DNA of 64,000 nt from Gracilinanus agilis (Eukaryota), in assembly GCF_016433145.1 (NCBI RefSeq), contig NC_058130.1:726185885-726249884 (forward strand). Direction: 5' to 3'. Below, one piece after another: positions 47,850-59,680 of this stretch. Numbering within the stretch: the stretch's first letter is position 1; the number at the start of each line of letters is the position of its first letter. A program made the position numbers and the translations under genes. A model generated the notes under the pieces. It made no database searches. It was not told where the DNA came from and worked only from the letters and a program-made list of their open reading frames with translations.

Positions 47850-48335
47850 ACTGTCTATCCTCTGGTAAATTCTCAAGTGGGTACCTGTCATGGGTATCCT
47901 TTTCTGTATCTGATATAATCACAGAAAAACCAACAGAGAACACTCATACTATTTCTCTGTGATCAGCCCATAGTTTTTTTCCAAGCTGATGCCTTAAAAC
48001 GATCTATTTTATTGCAATTTCTTGGGTATGATTTTTGGCTGTAGGCAATCATGACTAACATGTGTCTCTCTACTGTCCTTTAGGCCAAATGGGGATTTCA
48101 ATTTTTCAGACTGTGGTGTTCTTTGATTACCAGACCCAGAGCATTCCTTGGAAGAATACTGGTGTAAATAGCCCAGAACTTGACTTTCAGAGATCACAGA
48201 AGACATTATACAATCCAGCTCAGTCTCTTCTTCTTATTCAGTTCTGGGCTCAGAATTGTTGTTATCCAACAGCAATGTCTGTTCAGTACATAGATTAACA
48301 TAGATGGAGCAGGTCTGTGGACTATCCAACCAACT
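47850..48335 (-). mobile_element. RTE-clade LINE fragment (RT C-terminus), degraded
   Basis: Reverse complement resembles recalled marsupial RTE (AGCCCAGAACTGAATAAGAAGAAGAGA...ATGGGCTGATCAC). Confidence 0.55.
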
Positions 48336-48566
48336 GTATCCAATCACATTCTGAACACCTGGGAGTTTTCAAAAAAACATGAAAGCAAAGACTATTCTGT
48401 TTCTCTTTTTGAAGCCCCAATACATAATAAATACTGATTGAATGAATGAACTCCCCATCGTCCCTACAACCCTGACAGGACAAGTTAGTGGGGAATCATA
48501 TGAGCCTAAGTGAGCATCTCTCACTATTCCATGAAACAGTTTTAAAAATCAGAAGGCCAGTTTTTT

Positions 48567-48750
48567 TGGCAGCTAAGTGGTCCAGTCAGGCCTAGAGCCG
48601 GGAAGTCCTAGGTCAAATCTGGCCTCAGACACTTCCTAGCTGTATGACCCTGGGCAAGGCACTTAACTTCCACTACCCAGTCCTTACTACTCTTCTGCCT
48701 TATAACCAATACACAATATTGATAGAAGTTATGGGTTTAAAAAAAAAAAT
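48567..48750 (+). mobile_element. SINE1-like SINE
   Basis: GGCAGCTAAGTGG head, CTGGCCTCAGACACTTCCTAGC, A tail. Confidence 0.8.
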
Positions 48751-49525
48751 CAGAAGACCAAGGGGAAGGGTTTCCAGTGTGGTCCATTTTATGGAAAGAT
48801 ATGAGCAAGAATCACATAGATGAGAAAGCATGGATGGGATACCACCATTTTCAGCAGTAACACCCTCAAGAATGAAATCTATAGTTCTTTACAATTTTTT
48901 TTTCAGGGATAGCTATATGCTTGTATTTTCCCTTTCTAGGATCAAAGAGGTCTCATTGCAAGGATGCAGGCTCTGTTTCTTAAGAGGTTTTGCTTTAGGC
49001 AGGCTACTTTGGTTAATCACAATTGCTACAGGCAATTTCTACAGAAGAGTCAATGGGATCTCCTATTCAGTGAAACTTCTTATATTAAAAAAAAATTAAT
49101 TTCTGTGAGAGAAACTTGTTATTTCTTTTTTTTTTTCAGTGTGGTGGATAAAAGAGCTACATTGGTGTATCACCTGATATTTCACTATGGAATGGAGGCG
49201 ACCCTGGCTTCCCAAAGACCATGCCAAGAGAAAGCAAGTTCTGCCAGTTTCTAACAAGCTGGAATGGTATCTAGGAAGACAGGATTTCGGTTACTTTAGG
49301 ATCCACAGGGAAAACTCAAGAGATAAGAATAAGGAAGATGTGTACCCTAAACCTAACAGACAGCCAGGTGAAAGATGTGGAGGCCAGAGATGGGAGCATT
49401 GTGGATGAGAAATAGAATGCCAACTGGGTTAGATCACAGACTCTGTGGGAGAGGGAGTAATGCCTAATGGAAAGGTAGATTGCTGAGGTCAGGTTGTGAA
49501 GGGCTTTTAAAAGATAAATAGAAGG

Positions 49526-49728
49526 GGCAACTAGTGGCTTAGCAGGTAGAGAGCTGGGCCTGGAAATGGGAGGTCCCAGATTCAAATCTAGCCTCAGGCA
49601 CTTCCTAGATGTGTGACCCTGGTCAAGTCATTTAAGTACTATTGCTTAGCTCTCACCACTCTTTTGCCTTAGAACCAATACTCAGTATTGATTCTAAGAC
49701 AAATGGTATGGGCTTAAAAAAAAAAAAG
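49526..49728 (+). mobile_element. SINE1-like SINE
   Basis: GGGGCAACTAGTGGCTTAGC head, A tail at 49717-49727. Confidence 0.8.
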
Positions 49729-51807
49729 GTAAACAGGGGAGTTCACGTTTGATCTTAGGGTTTTTACAAATGGTTCCATCTTTAACTGCCACAATGTCAA
49801 AGCAAAGGACCACAATGATATAAAGAAGGGAAAGAGCTTCTAAGTCATCTATATCATCCTGAAAAGTAAACTACTTTTCAATAACTAAGGCAAGGGCCCA
49901 TTTCATCTGTGCTCAGAGGCATCCAGGAATCAGGACCACATTTCCTTCCCCATTAAACTGTGATCAGCCTCCCTGTAATTTTCCCACATTGCTCCAGAGC
50001 CATACAGAGCAAGTATGTTTCTATTTTATATGAGGGTCCTCCAAACACCTGAAGATCAAACCCACCTTATTGTCTTTACTAAGTTACATGGCCCCAACCC
50101 TGATCTTCCTTCACTGGATCCTTCTCCAGCATGTTTTTCCATTCCTCTCCCCATCCTGGTTGCTCTCTTCTGCAATAAAGTATTAGGGAAATTGGGGGGG
50201 GGGGGGAGAAGCGGGGGGTGGTAAGAGATGGGACTGACAAGAACATAAAACTCAAAAGCATAGCCAGAGAAAGAGAAAATCCTAGTGATCCATGACCCCC
50301 AAATAGCTGCCTCCAATGTTTCTTATCTTCTTATCAATTCACACTCAGCCCCTGCTTTGACATAAACTTAAATCTTTCTGGGAAATTGCTACTTCCAATT
50401 GCTAGGCAACCTTCAGGCCTCAGGGACCCTCTCTCCCTCTGCCCTGATCCTAACCACAGGGTATTAGCTGATTTCCAGCTACTGATCTATTAGCTATCTC
50501 ATCTACTGCCTCTGGTCCTGCTGACAGGATCCAGCTTTTCCTTCCCTGATATGGAGGACAGCCTGGAACAAACCAAAGGTGGGTAGGCGGGATGAATGGG
50601 ACAACTCAACATGTCCCAAAATGAACTCAAAGAATGCTTGAATTTGAGATGGAAGACACGTCAGAAGACATGTAATCTAACCTCCCGCCCCATGCAGGAA
50701 TCCCTGGCACAGCATTCCGGTTTCAATAAAGCAATTTACATCTATTACTCATCTGAATCTCACACCAACTCCATGAGCAGACATTGTAAGTAACAAATCA
50801 ACATCTCCCAACATATACACACATCTGCCCCTGAGACTGGCACTCTGGTCACTAAGCTAAACTGCTTCTCCCTGTTTCCCAAATCTACAGATTCTAAATT
50901 CTTGACCTTACTTCACACCCCTCCCCATAAAAAACAATACTCCTGAGGTAGAGAATAGATTTGTTATCCCTATTTTACATATGAGGAAACTAAGACTCAA
51001 AGTAACTTCCTTAGTATACATCAGAGCTGGGCCTCAAACTTGATCACCTGACACAAAATTCTGGATTTCACAAACAAATGTCTTTCCCTCTTGATGAACC
51101 CTTCATATCACAGGTGCTTCTTTACCTTCCCAATACTACTCCATACAGTGCCCAGAGTTTCCCAGTTCCCTCTCCCCCTGAGCTTTACCCTCCCCTCCCA
51201 AAACAGCATCAATGCCCAAGGTAAGACCTTGCCAGCAATGACTAAACATGTAGACTTCTCTTCCCTCCCACCATTCCCCAAACACCAGTCAAGTTCTGTG
51301 TGGCCTAAACTTAGCAAAGGTCTCCACGCCTGCCACCATGCAGTCACAGAATCTGGCTCCAGTGTTGCTAAAGGAAGGAGAGCCCTGGGCTTCCCAGAAG
51401 AATATCAGAAAGTGGAAGGAGAGTCCAGAGACAGTCTCATCCAATTCTTATTTAAAGAGGAAGAACTAGATTGAATTCTTGGCATGGACTGGATATATTA
51501 AAAGGCAGGCCAATCTCAGTTAGTTTCTTCTTCCATACTATGATGCCTTCTATATAATAGTAGACTACCTACTTTGTTCATGGGGTTATTAAGGATTAAA
51601 CTAGGAAATGTAGGCCAAGCACTTCTATAAACCAGATCATGCTCTATAAATGCTAACCAACAACATTATTATTCCTCAGATCCCTCCAAATTCAATAGAT
51701 TAGTTAGCTGGGGAAGAAGCTTAAAAAAAAAAAAAAAAAAAAAAAAAAGGCTGAGTCCCTTCCTTGACCCCTCATAATCCTACTGCCTTCATTTTTATTT
51801 CCTGAAG

Positions 51808-51975
51808 CAGCTAGATGGCTCAATGGCTAGAGAGTCAGGCTTGAAGTGGGAAGGACCTCAGCTCTATAAACCTAGGCAAATCCATAACCCCAATTACTCA
51901 GCCTTTACCACTTTTTTGCCTTAGGACCAATATTTATCAAATCTAAGACAGAAGGTAAAGGTTGTTTAAAAAAAT
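51808..51975 (+). mobile_element. Older SINE1-like SINE
   Basis: GCAGCTAGATGGCTCAATGG head, CTAAGACAGAAGGTAAAGG tail. Confidence 0.7.
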
Positions 51976-53059
51976 GATTTCCTAAATTATCCTATTTTGA
52001 GTTTGCTTGGACATACCTTCTGCTTGTTGTCTCCTTCATTAGACTGGTAACTCCTTGAGCACAGAGGTTGTCTTTTGCTTCTATTTCTATCCCTAAGATG
52101 TAGTACGGTGCCTGACACATAGGATGTGCTTTTACTGACTTAACATCAGAATTAGAAGGGACCTCTGCAATCATGGAAATCAACTAGTAACTGAACAAAA
52201 ATTCCTTCCATGATATCCCTAACAAGTGGCTATCCAGCCTTGGCTAGAAGGCTTCCAGTAAGGGAGAACCCATTACCTTCCAGGGAAATCCATTTCATAT
52301 TTAAATAGCTCTGCTCATTAGAAAGCTTTCCCTTACAATAAACTAACTGGCCTCTGGCAGACATTGAGTGCCATACACATTCTTATCCCTTTCCTCATTT
52401 CCCCACCACTTCTACACACAATTTCTGCATGTCTGTTTTGCCCTCTGAGGCCAAAAAAGAGAGTCTCTATACTCCCTCTTTGGAGTGATAGCCCCTCAAA
52501 CACTGTCCCCTCTTCCCAACTCTTCTCTAGGATAAATATCTTCCTTCCCTTCTATGGATCCTGAGATTGACTGGCAATGTATTCCAGAAGTCTCCTAGCT
52601 TTGAGTGTTCTACAAATAAGTCATTGATCACAGATAAACTGTTTAAGTGAACAGCAATTTTGGTAAGAAGAGAACAGTAAAAACTGGAGGGAATTGGGAG
52701 GAGCTTCCGCAGAGATGGCACCCCAGATGAATCCTGGAGATAAGCTAAGGATTCCACAAAGCAAAGGAGAGGAGGAAGAACAATCGTGGCATAGAGGATA
52801 GTACCTGCAGAGACAAGGGATGGAATGTAGACCTTATTCACTCTGTTGACTAGCATTTACAATGTGCCAGGCACTATAAATAGCTACAGGTCCAAAGAAT
52901 GGCAAAAGCAGTCCTGTCCTCAAGGAGTTTCTATCATAATGGAGGCCTGAAGAGACAGGAAGGAACCATATACAAACAATTACAGCCAGTATAGATGGGA
53001 GGTAATCTCAGAAGCAAGTTTCCTGTGTTGAGAAGGAATCTGTAAAGGCCCCTATCAAG

Positions 53060-53230
53060 GGGTAGCTAGGTGAATTGAGTAAGGCCTGGGTATGGCTACC
53101 AACCCTTGCAGACTGCATGACTCTAGTCACTTAATCCCAATTGCCCAGCCCTTGCTGCTCTTCTGCCTTGGAATTGCTATCTAGTACATTGATCCTAAGA
53201 CAGAAAATACAGGAAGAAAAAGAAAAAGGA
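53060..53230 (+). mobile_element. Older SINE1-like SINE
   Basis: GGGTAGCTAGGTG head, GTCACTTAATCCCAATTGCCCAGCCC core. Confidence 0.6.
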
Positions 53231-55224
53231 GAAGACAGGAGGGGAGGAGAGGAGATCCTTAGCTACTAGAAGGTGGAATTTTAGTGAAGCCTTCATAGAA
53301 GTGAAGAAGGTCAAGAGGCAGAAATGAGGAGGAAAAGAATTCTAGGCATAGAGTTCAGCCAGCAAAAATGCCCTGAATATCAAGAGATGCGGAGTGCTGG
53401 GGGTGGGGTGGGGTGGTGGAGCACTCAACAGGGAAGTTTCTCTAGACCTTTCTATGCAAGGAGTTTGTGTGCAAGGGATAAAGGTCTTGTAAGAAGGCTG
53501 GAAGAGGTAGGAGGGGGCCTGTTGATGAGGGACATTCAAGTAGAGATTGAATTTGGAGTCAGATGGTCATGGGCTAGGGCTATATAGCCAAGAAGTTTGC
53601 ATCTTATTCTAGATCCACTAATTATTTTTGAGTGAGGGGTGAAATGTGGCCAGCCCTATAGCTGGAGACCCTCTGGATGGGTTTGTGAAGGAGGAAGAAT
53701 TAAATCTAGGGAGGAAACAAAAAGGAGGACAGAAAGGAAAAAGCCCATCTATGCAAGGGATGGTATATAGTCTTTTCAATTAAAGCTGGAAACTCTCTGA
53801 TCTAAGAGCTAGGATCCAGACAAGCATTCCCCCCAGCCCAGCAGAGGCAAGTACATTTGGCCTTGGAACAATAGCCCTTGGCTAAAAAGCAGAGCAAAAA
53901 CAATCTGAAAGCTGAAGGCATTTTCACTGCAATTACATAACCCAGCTGGCTGCATTTCACAAGACTGATCCCTACCCCCCACCCTGACCCCCAACCAGTA
54001 AACAGCACAGGCCTGTTTGCATTCCAGGCTGGACTTTTAAAAAATTATTATTATTCCCATAGGAGGATTCATGGAAATTTCACACATCCCAATGTGACTA
54101 CTATGCTACAATCATCCACACAGACTCCTTTAAAAAAAGGGGGTGGGGTGTCAATTATAATCATCAACATCCAAAAAGGACACAGCAAGGATGGGAAAGA
54201 AATGTAAAAGAGAAGGTGAGATGGCCTAGGAGTCAAGGGGTCTGGATTCTAGATTTGGGTTGTCCACTAATTCCCTGTCACTTTGGTTAAGTTACTTCTG
54301 CTCTCTTGGTTCCAAATTCCTTAACTTCAAAATGAGGGAATTGGAATAGACAGTTTCCATCTCTGCCAGCCTAAAGTTCCCTATATCGCTGACATATCAG
54401 GTTCTAGAAGAATAGTTGACACTTCCACGGTGCAAGAAGGTTTGGAAAGCATTTCACTTTTATAATCTCATTGGTTTAAATTCTCATATTTCTGTGAAAT
54501 AGATGCCATGATTACCCCTTTTTGTATATGAGTAAACTGAGGTTTCAAAGAGTCAAGTGACTTACTCAGGATCACGTGGATAGTAAGAACCTATCCCCCA
54601 CTTTGGCCTTTCTGACTCCAAGACACTCTATCTGCTACAGTCCCTAAAGTCATTTCTCTGTTTTTTATGTTAAAGACCAACACCTCACGCTCTGACATTC
54701 TCAGTTCTCTACAAAAAAATGACTCTACAAAGGCAGCCAGAGCTGTGGGTTGTGGGCCCACATTTCCACAATTAGATTCATAAATCCTGCCCTCTGACCA
54801 GATAGATGTGTTATGGGGCACACATATCCATAGGTAGATGGTCTTAACTGCTAGTATCCCAACACTACAAAGGAGGAAATGAAGTACCAGAATGACATGA
54901 AATGACTTGCTGAGGTTACACAATTAGGGAACCTAGCAGGCAAGAACTGAGTCCAAGCCTATCAACTTCAAAAAGGATAAGAGGAAACATTCCTAGAGTT
55001 CTAGAAAGGCCTTATTTAGATTTAGCCTTATTTAAGCTAAGTGTCAGAAACTTGGAACTCTAAAACCTACATATCCTTTCCATTTGCACCCTCAATTTAG
55101 TCCAAGCTCAAATCCTTAATCTATCAAGGAACCATGCCTAGGTTTTACCAACAATAAATCTAAGAGGGAAATCTCTACCAATTGGAGGTGACTGACCACC
55201 CTAGTAAATCTTCATTTTCCATTC

Positions 55225-55997
55225 TTCTAAGAAGTTCTGAACAACTGAGGTTTCATTTCTTAAAAATTCCCTGCCTTTGAAAAAAGGCCAAGTAAATAAG
55301 ATTGGCCCTGAATGGATGTCGGGTGCCCAGTGGAATGTATTCCTGCTGCCAGTGGGCAAATCTGCTGACCCAGCAACATCTTTATTTGTTTCAAATCATC
55401 GGACCTTCCTGGAAAAAGGTTAGGAAGGAAAAACTGGCCTGACAAAGGGATTGGTGTCTATATTCTACGGCAAAATAAAGACTCAAGCAGTTATCACAGA
55501 CTCATGGAGTGAGTCATTAGTAAAACATATCATTAGGCTAAGAATAGAATATCCTTGATGTGGGGTCATTCAAATTCTTGAACTCACAACTTGTTATCTT
55601 GGTAGCTCCCCTAACTTTGGGCAGCCTCTCCAAGGTGGATTGTAGGATAGTGGGAAAGAATGGGAGAGTCAGAGAAAATGGGTTCAAATCCTGGCCCTGA
55701 TATTTCATGCTATTCACCTCAGCCAAATCACTTGATATCTCTAGGAGGCTCCCTTCTGCTATAAAATGATGGAAATAGACTAGGATCACAGATCTAGAGC
55801 AGAAGAGACCTCAGAAGCCTTCTAGTTCAATTCCTACATTTTACAGAGGAGGAAACAGAAGCTCCATGAATTTAATTGCCCAAGGTCATGCTGGTAAGAG
55901 GTAGCAGAGTTGGGATTTAAACCCAGGTAGAACCTCTGGCTTCAGAAGCAGTATTCCCTTGACTGTAGCAGGCTGTAACTCCCAGAGGTTCTTGGAA
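55225..55997. promoter_or_regulatory. Candidate STAT/AP-1 enhancer cluster
   Basis: TTCTAAGAA 55225-55233, TTCCTGGAA 55406-55414, TGAGTCA 55510-55516, TTCTTGGAA 55989-55997. Confidence 0.3.
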
Positions 55998-57032
55998 ATC
56001 TTTCTACTTTAATTCCTATGATTAAAGAGTCCTCTCATAATGTGCATGGCTTTGACAAGATTCATTGGGTGACCCTTAAGAAAACTGCTCCAAACCCAAC
56101 CCAACAAGAATTTGTTAAGTATTTAGCATATGTCAGGCCCTGCTAAGACAAAAGGAAAGATAGTCCTAGCCTTCAAAGAGACTGTAGGATAGGTTCTGAT
56201 TTCCCCCTCTGTCAACTGAAAGGTTTGGCCCAGATGAGCTCTCAAGGCTTTGCCAGCTCTAATGCTGCATGACCAGACCTAATTGGCTCAGCGTATGCTT
56301 CAGGGTGAACAAGGAAAGAGAGAGGTAAGAAGTCACTTGGGGTCTAACAGAGATGCTGGCCACAGGCTCTATATACATTCGGAAGACCTGAAAACCTACT
56401 TATTTTCTACTTCCTTTCATTTCCAGCTCAACTTCTGCAGACCAAATGATTAAGGCACAGCTCACTATCAAAACAAAGCAATGGGCAACATAATATGTAG
56501 GGCAAAAAGCTGTGGGTTGGAGGTGGAGAATCATTCCCTAGGGAATTTTTGTTGCTCTATTTCCAGCATCTAACAGTGCCTGACATATAGTAGGGTCTCA
56601 ATAATGTTTGTTAAATTGAACTAAATCTTTTAGAATCTCAATAAGACACATTCCCTATTCATTCACTCAACAATATTTATTAAGCTCCATCTCTGAGCAA
56701 GATCTCGGGAGAATCCAGATCAAAGCTTCAGTTTTTGTTTTTACAAAGCTCATGGTCTACGTATAAGCTAACTCCTGCTGTGTGAATCATGGTAAATGAT
56801 GAATTCTTGGTTCCTCTGATGAGGGGTTGAAAGGAATCTCAAATGGTTGCCTGTCATCTGCTCCTACTCTGTCATTTGACAAATGAAAAGTGTGAAACCA
56901 GTCCTTTCTCTGTTATGGTCCAGAATCCATCTTTTATTCCCTCATTCTTAGGCTTCCTCACTTCAGGGAAGATACAGCTACTCTCCATACCTTAAGAGTC
57001 TTAGAGGGTTGCCTAGGAAGAGCACTGAAAAA

Positions 57033-57230
57033 GGGGCAGCTACTTGATTCAGTGGAATGAGAGCCAGGCCTGGAGATGGGAGGTCTTCGGTTCAAATCTG
57101 ACCTCAGACACTTCCTAGCTATGTGACCCTGGACAAGTCACTTACCTCCCATTGCCTAGCCCTTCCTGTCCTTCTGCCTTGGAAGCAATACTCAGCACTG
57201 ATTCTAAGATGGAGGGTGAGGGTTTTAAAA
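57033..57230 (+). mobile_element. SINE1_Mdo-like SINE
   Basis: GGGGCAGCTAC...GAGAGCCAGGCCTGGAGATGGGAGG, full body, GGTTTTAAAAAA end. Confidence 0.85.
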
Positions 57231-58619
57231 AAGAGCCCTGAAAAGATAAAATGACTGGTTGAGAATTACAGTAAGTTCAAGGTGTGATTTGTATCTTCCT
57301 GGCTCCAAGGCCAGCTCGATACCCCCTACACTATACTGGCTTCTCTACCCAAAGTCACACAGCTAGTAAATAGCAAGATTTGATCCCAGGTTTCCTAACC
57401 AGTTAGTATAAGAATCAGTAATAGGGATTGAAGATTTCAATTCTGGAGAAAGGTAGGAAGAGGACCAATCACAGGATGGAAGTTTTCACAGATGAGGAAT
57501 TAAATTCAGCTCAATGGAAGCAAATCAGAATCCTACCCCGAAGGGGAAGGGGCTGCCTCAGAGGTTCAAATAGAGGCTGGAAAACCACCTGTGTGAGGAT
57601 GCTATAGAGAAGACTCCTGTATAGGACCATGCTGGACTGGAAGGTCTCCCCACCTAGAGATTCTGCTCCTCCAAATGCCATTCTCTTTGTTCTACATAAA
57701 GACTGCCCCTTGAAGCCAAGATCTGCTTTCCATGCAGATACCTCCCATGTGGAATGGTTCCTCTCTACCCATTACTTAGGGGCAAGCCTCGGGACCGGAG
57801 GGAAGTCCTGAAGTCCAGAAAAAAGCTGTTTAAGAAGAAATGCCAATCCACTTATCTGGTTACAAATGGATTTTAACCGATATCCATGACTCCACAGACC
57901 CTGGGGCTCAGAACAGCCACAGAAAATGACTGCTTCCAGGAAAGCCTTTGGTTCACAAAATACCAGGGCCAGGAGATTGAGAACAACTCCATTGATTTGC
58001 TTTAACTTGCAGTGACTCCAAAGGGGCATGAGGGGGCGGTTGGGAGGGAGGAATGGAGAGAGGAGTGAAAGGTATGTATTTTTTAGTTCGAATGGTATAT
58101 TACTAAGATGACCAGAATTACTGGAGTTAGAAGATCTGGGTTAAAATTCTGGTTCACTTATTTAATACCTAGTTAAGCTCAAATAAGTTACTTTCCCTTG
58201 TGTAGAACCTGCTTTCCTTGTCCACAAGATGAAGTGGCTGAGGCAGATGATCCCTAAGGAACCTGCTAGGCTCTATGGTACTATGACGCTTTCTCTTTTT
58301 AAAGATAGCAAACTGAAGGGCAATGATTAGGGTACAATATCAGAATCAGTTCGATTTATTAAGAAATACTTTTTAAGCACCAACTACTCACAAAGCCTTA
58401 TACCTGCTGTTGAAGAAACAAAGATGAAAAATGATACTGCCTACCTTCAAGATAACCACAGTCTGGTGGAGTGATAGGACAGGTACAAAAATAACTAAGA
58501 CCTCCCCAGGAAAGAGCATGACTAGGGGCAAAGGAAAGAACCATTTAAAATGCAATGGGACTTTCAAAAGAAGAATTGGAAACATGAAAGAATGCTCCAA
58601 ACACACATTAAAACCACCT

Positions 58620-59090
58620 TAAAATTTTTATCTCAAACCCTGCAAAATGGCAAAGAGAAAAAAGACAGGAATGGCAACTTTTGGAAGGTCTATAGGAAGA
58701 TACTAATGCAATACTGGTGAAGCTATGAATCAATACAATCATTTTGGAAAACAATTTGGAATCATGAACTATGCATATATATCTTTGAAATTCCACTACT
58801 AGGTGTAGGCTCCAAGGAAGTTATTGACAGAAAATCTTAAGGAAAAAAATATTCACCAAAATATTTGTTGCCTATCAACTGGGGAATGGCTAAGTAAACT
58901 GAGATATATGAATGCTCTAGAATATTCCTGTGCTGTAAGAAACAATGACTATAACAGGGAGCAGATAAAAAAGACTACATGAACTGGTGCAGAATAAGAA
59001 AATTATACATGCAATGAATATAATAATTACTGCCCAAAGAGCCATTTAAACCAATCAAAAGTGAAAGTTGTGAAAGAATAAGCATGACTC
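58620..59090 (+). mobile_element. Ancient L1 ORF2 3' fragment
   Basis: CATTTTGGAAAACAATTTGG...CCACTACTAGG...TCAACTGGGGAATGGCTAAGTAAACTG motifs of the L1 3' ORF2. Confidence 0.65.
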
Positions 59091-59506
59091 CATGGTACTA
59101 AGTGAAAGCTAGGCAGCAAAGTGAGTACAGGCCTAAAGGGAGGAAAACCTGAGTTCCAATCTAGCCTCAGGCACTTACTAGATTGGGTGACCTACATAAA
59201 TCACTTCATCTCTGTCCCTCAAGTTTTTTCAACCATAAAAAAGGGATAATAATAATTTGCCACTGAGGATCAAATGCAGTAACATTTGTAAGGCACTTAG
59301 CATGTGCCTGTCACGAAGTAGACACTTTAATAAATGTTTTTTTCCCCTCAACCAACCCCCAAAGAAGAGATATGAGATTAATTTGCAGAGTAGGAGGTCC
59401 AGAAATGTGGGACACCTTGAGCAATTTTCAGTCTTTTTCCATTTATTGGCCATTTTTCTCTTTTTATTGGAAGGAGGTAGGGGTCTTTTAAAAATATCCT
59501 TTGCAA

Positions 59507-59680
59507 GGCAGCTAGGTAGCATAGTAGATAAAGCACTAGGTCTGGAATTAAAAGGACCTGGTTTCAAATCTGCCCACAGATACTTCTTGGCTGTGTGAGT
59601 CTGGACAAATCACCTAATCTCATTTGCCTAATCTTTGCCCTTCTGTCTCTGAGTTGTTACTAAGACAAAAAGTAAAGATT
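59507..59680 (+). mobile_element. SINE1/MIR-like SINE
   Basis: GGCAGCTAGGTAGCATAGTAGATAAAGCACTAGG head and core. Confidence 0.7.

Noticed and set aside
51078-51220. Plus-strand Pro-rich mini-ORF (MSFPLDEPFISQ...) ending at AG|gtaaga
   Set aside because: Weak Kozak context, no downstream exon or homology found; the Pro richness reflects a C-rich tract.
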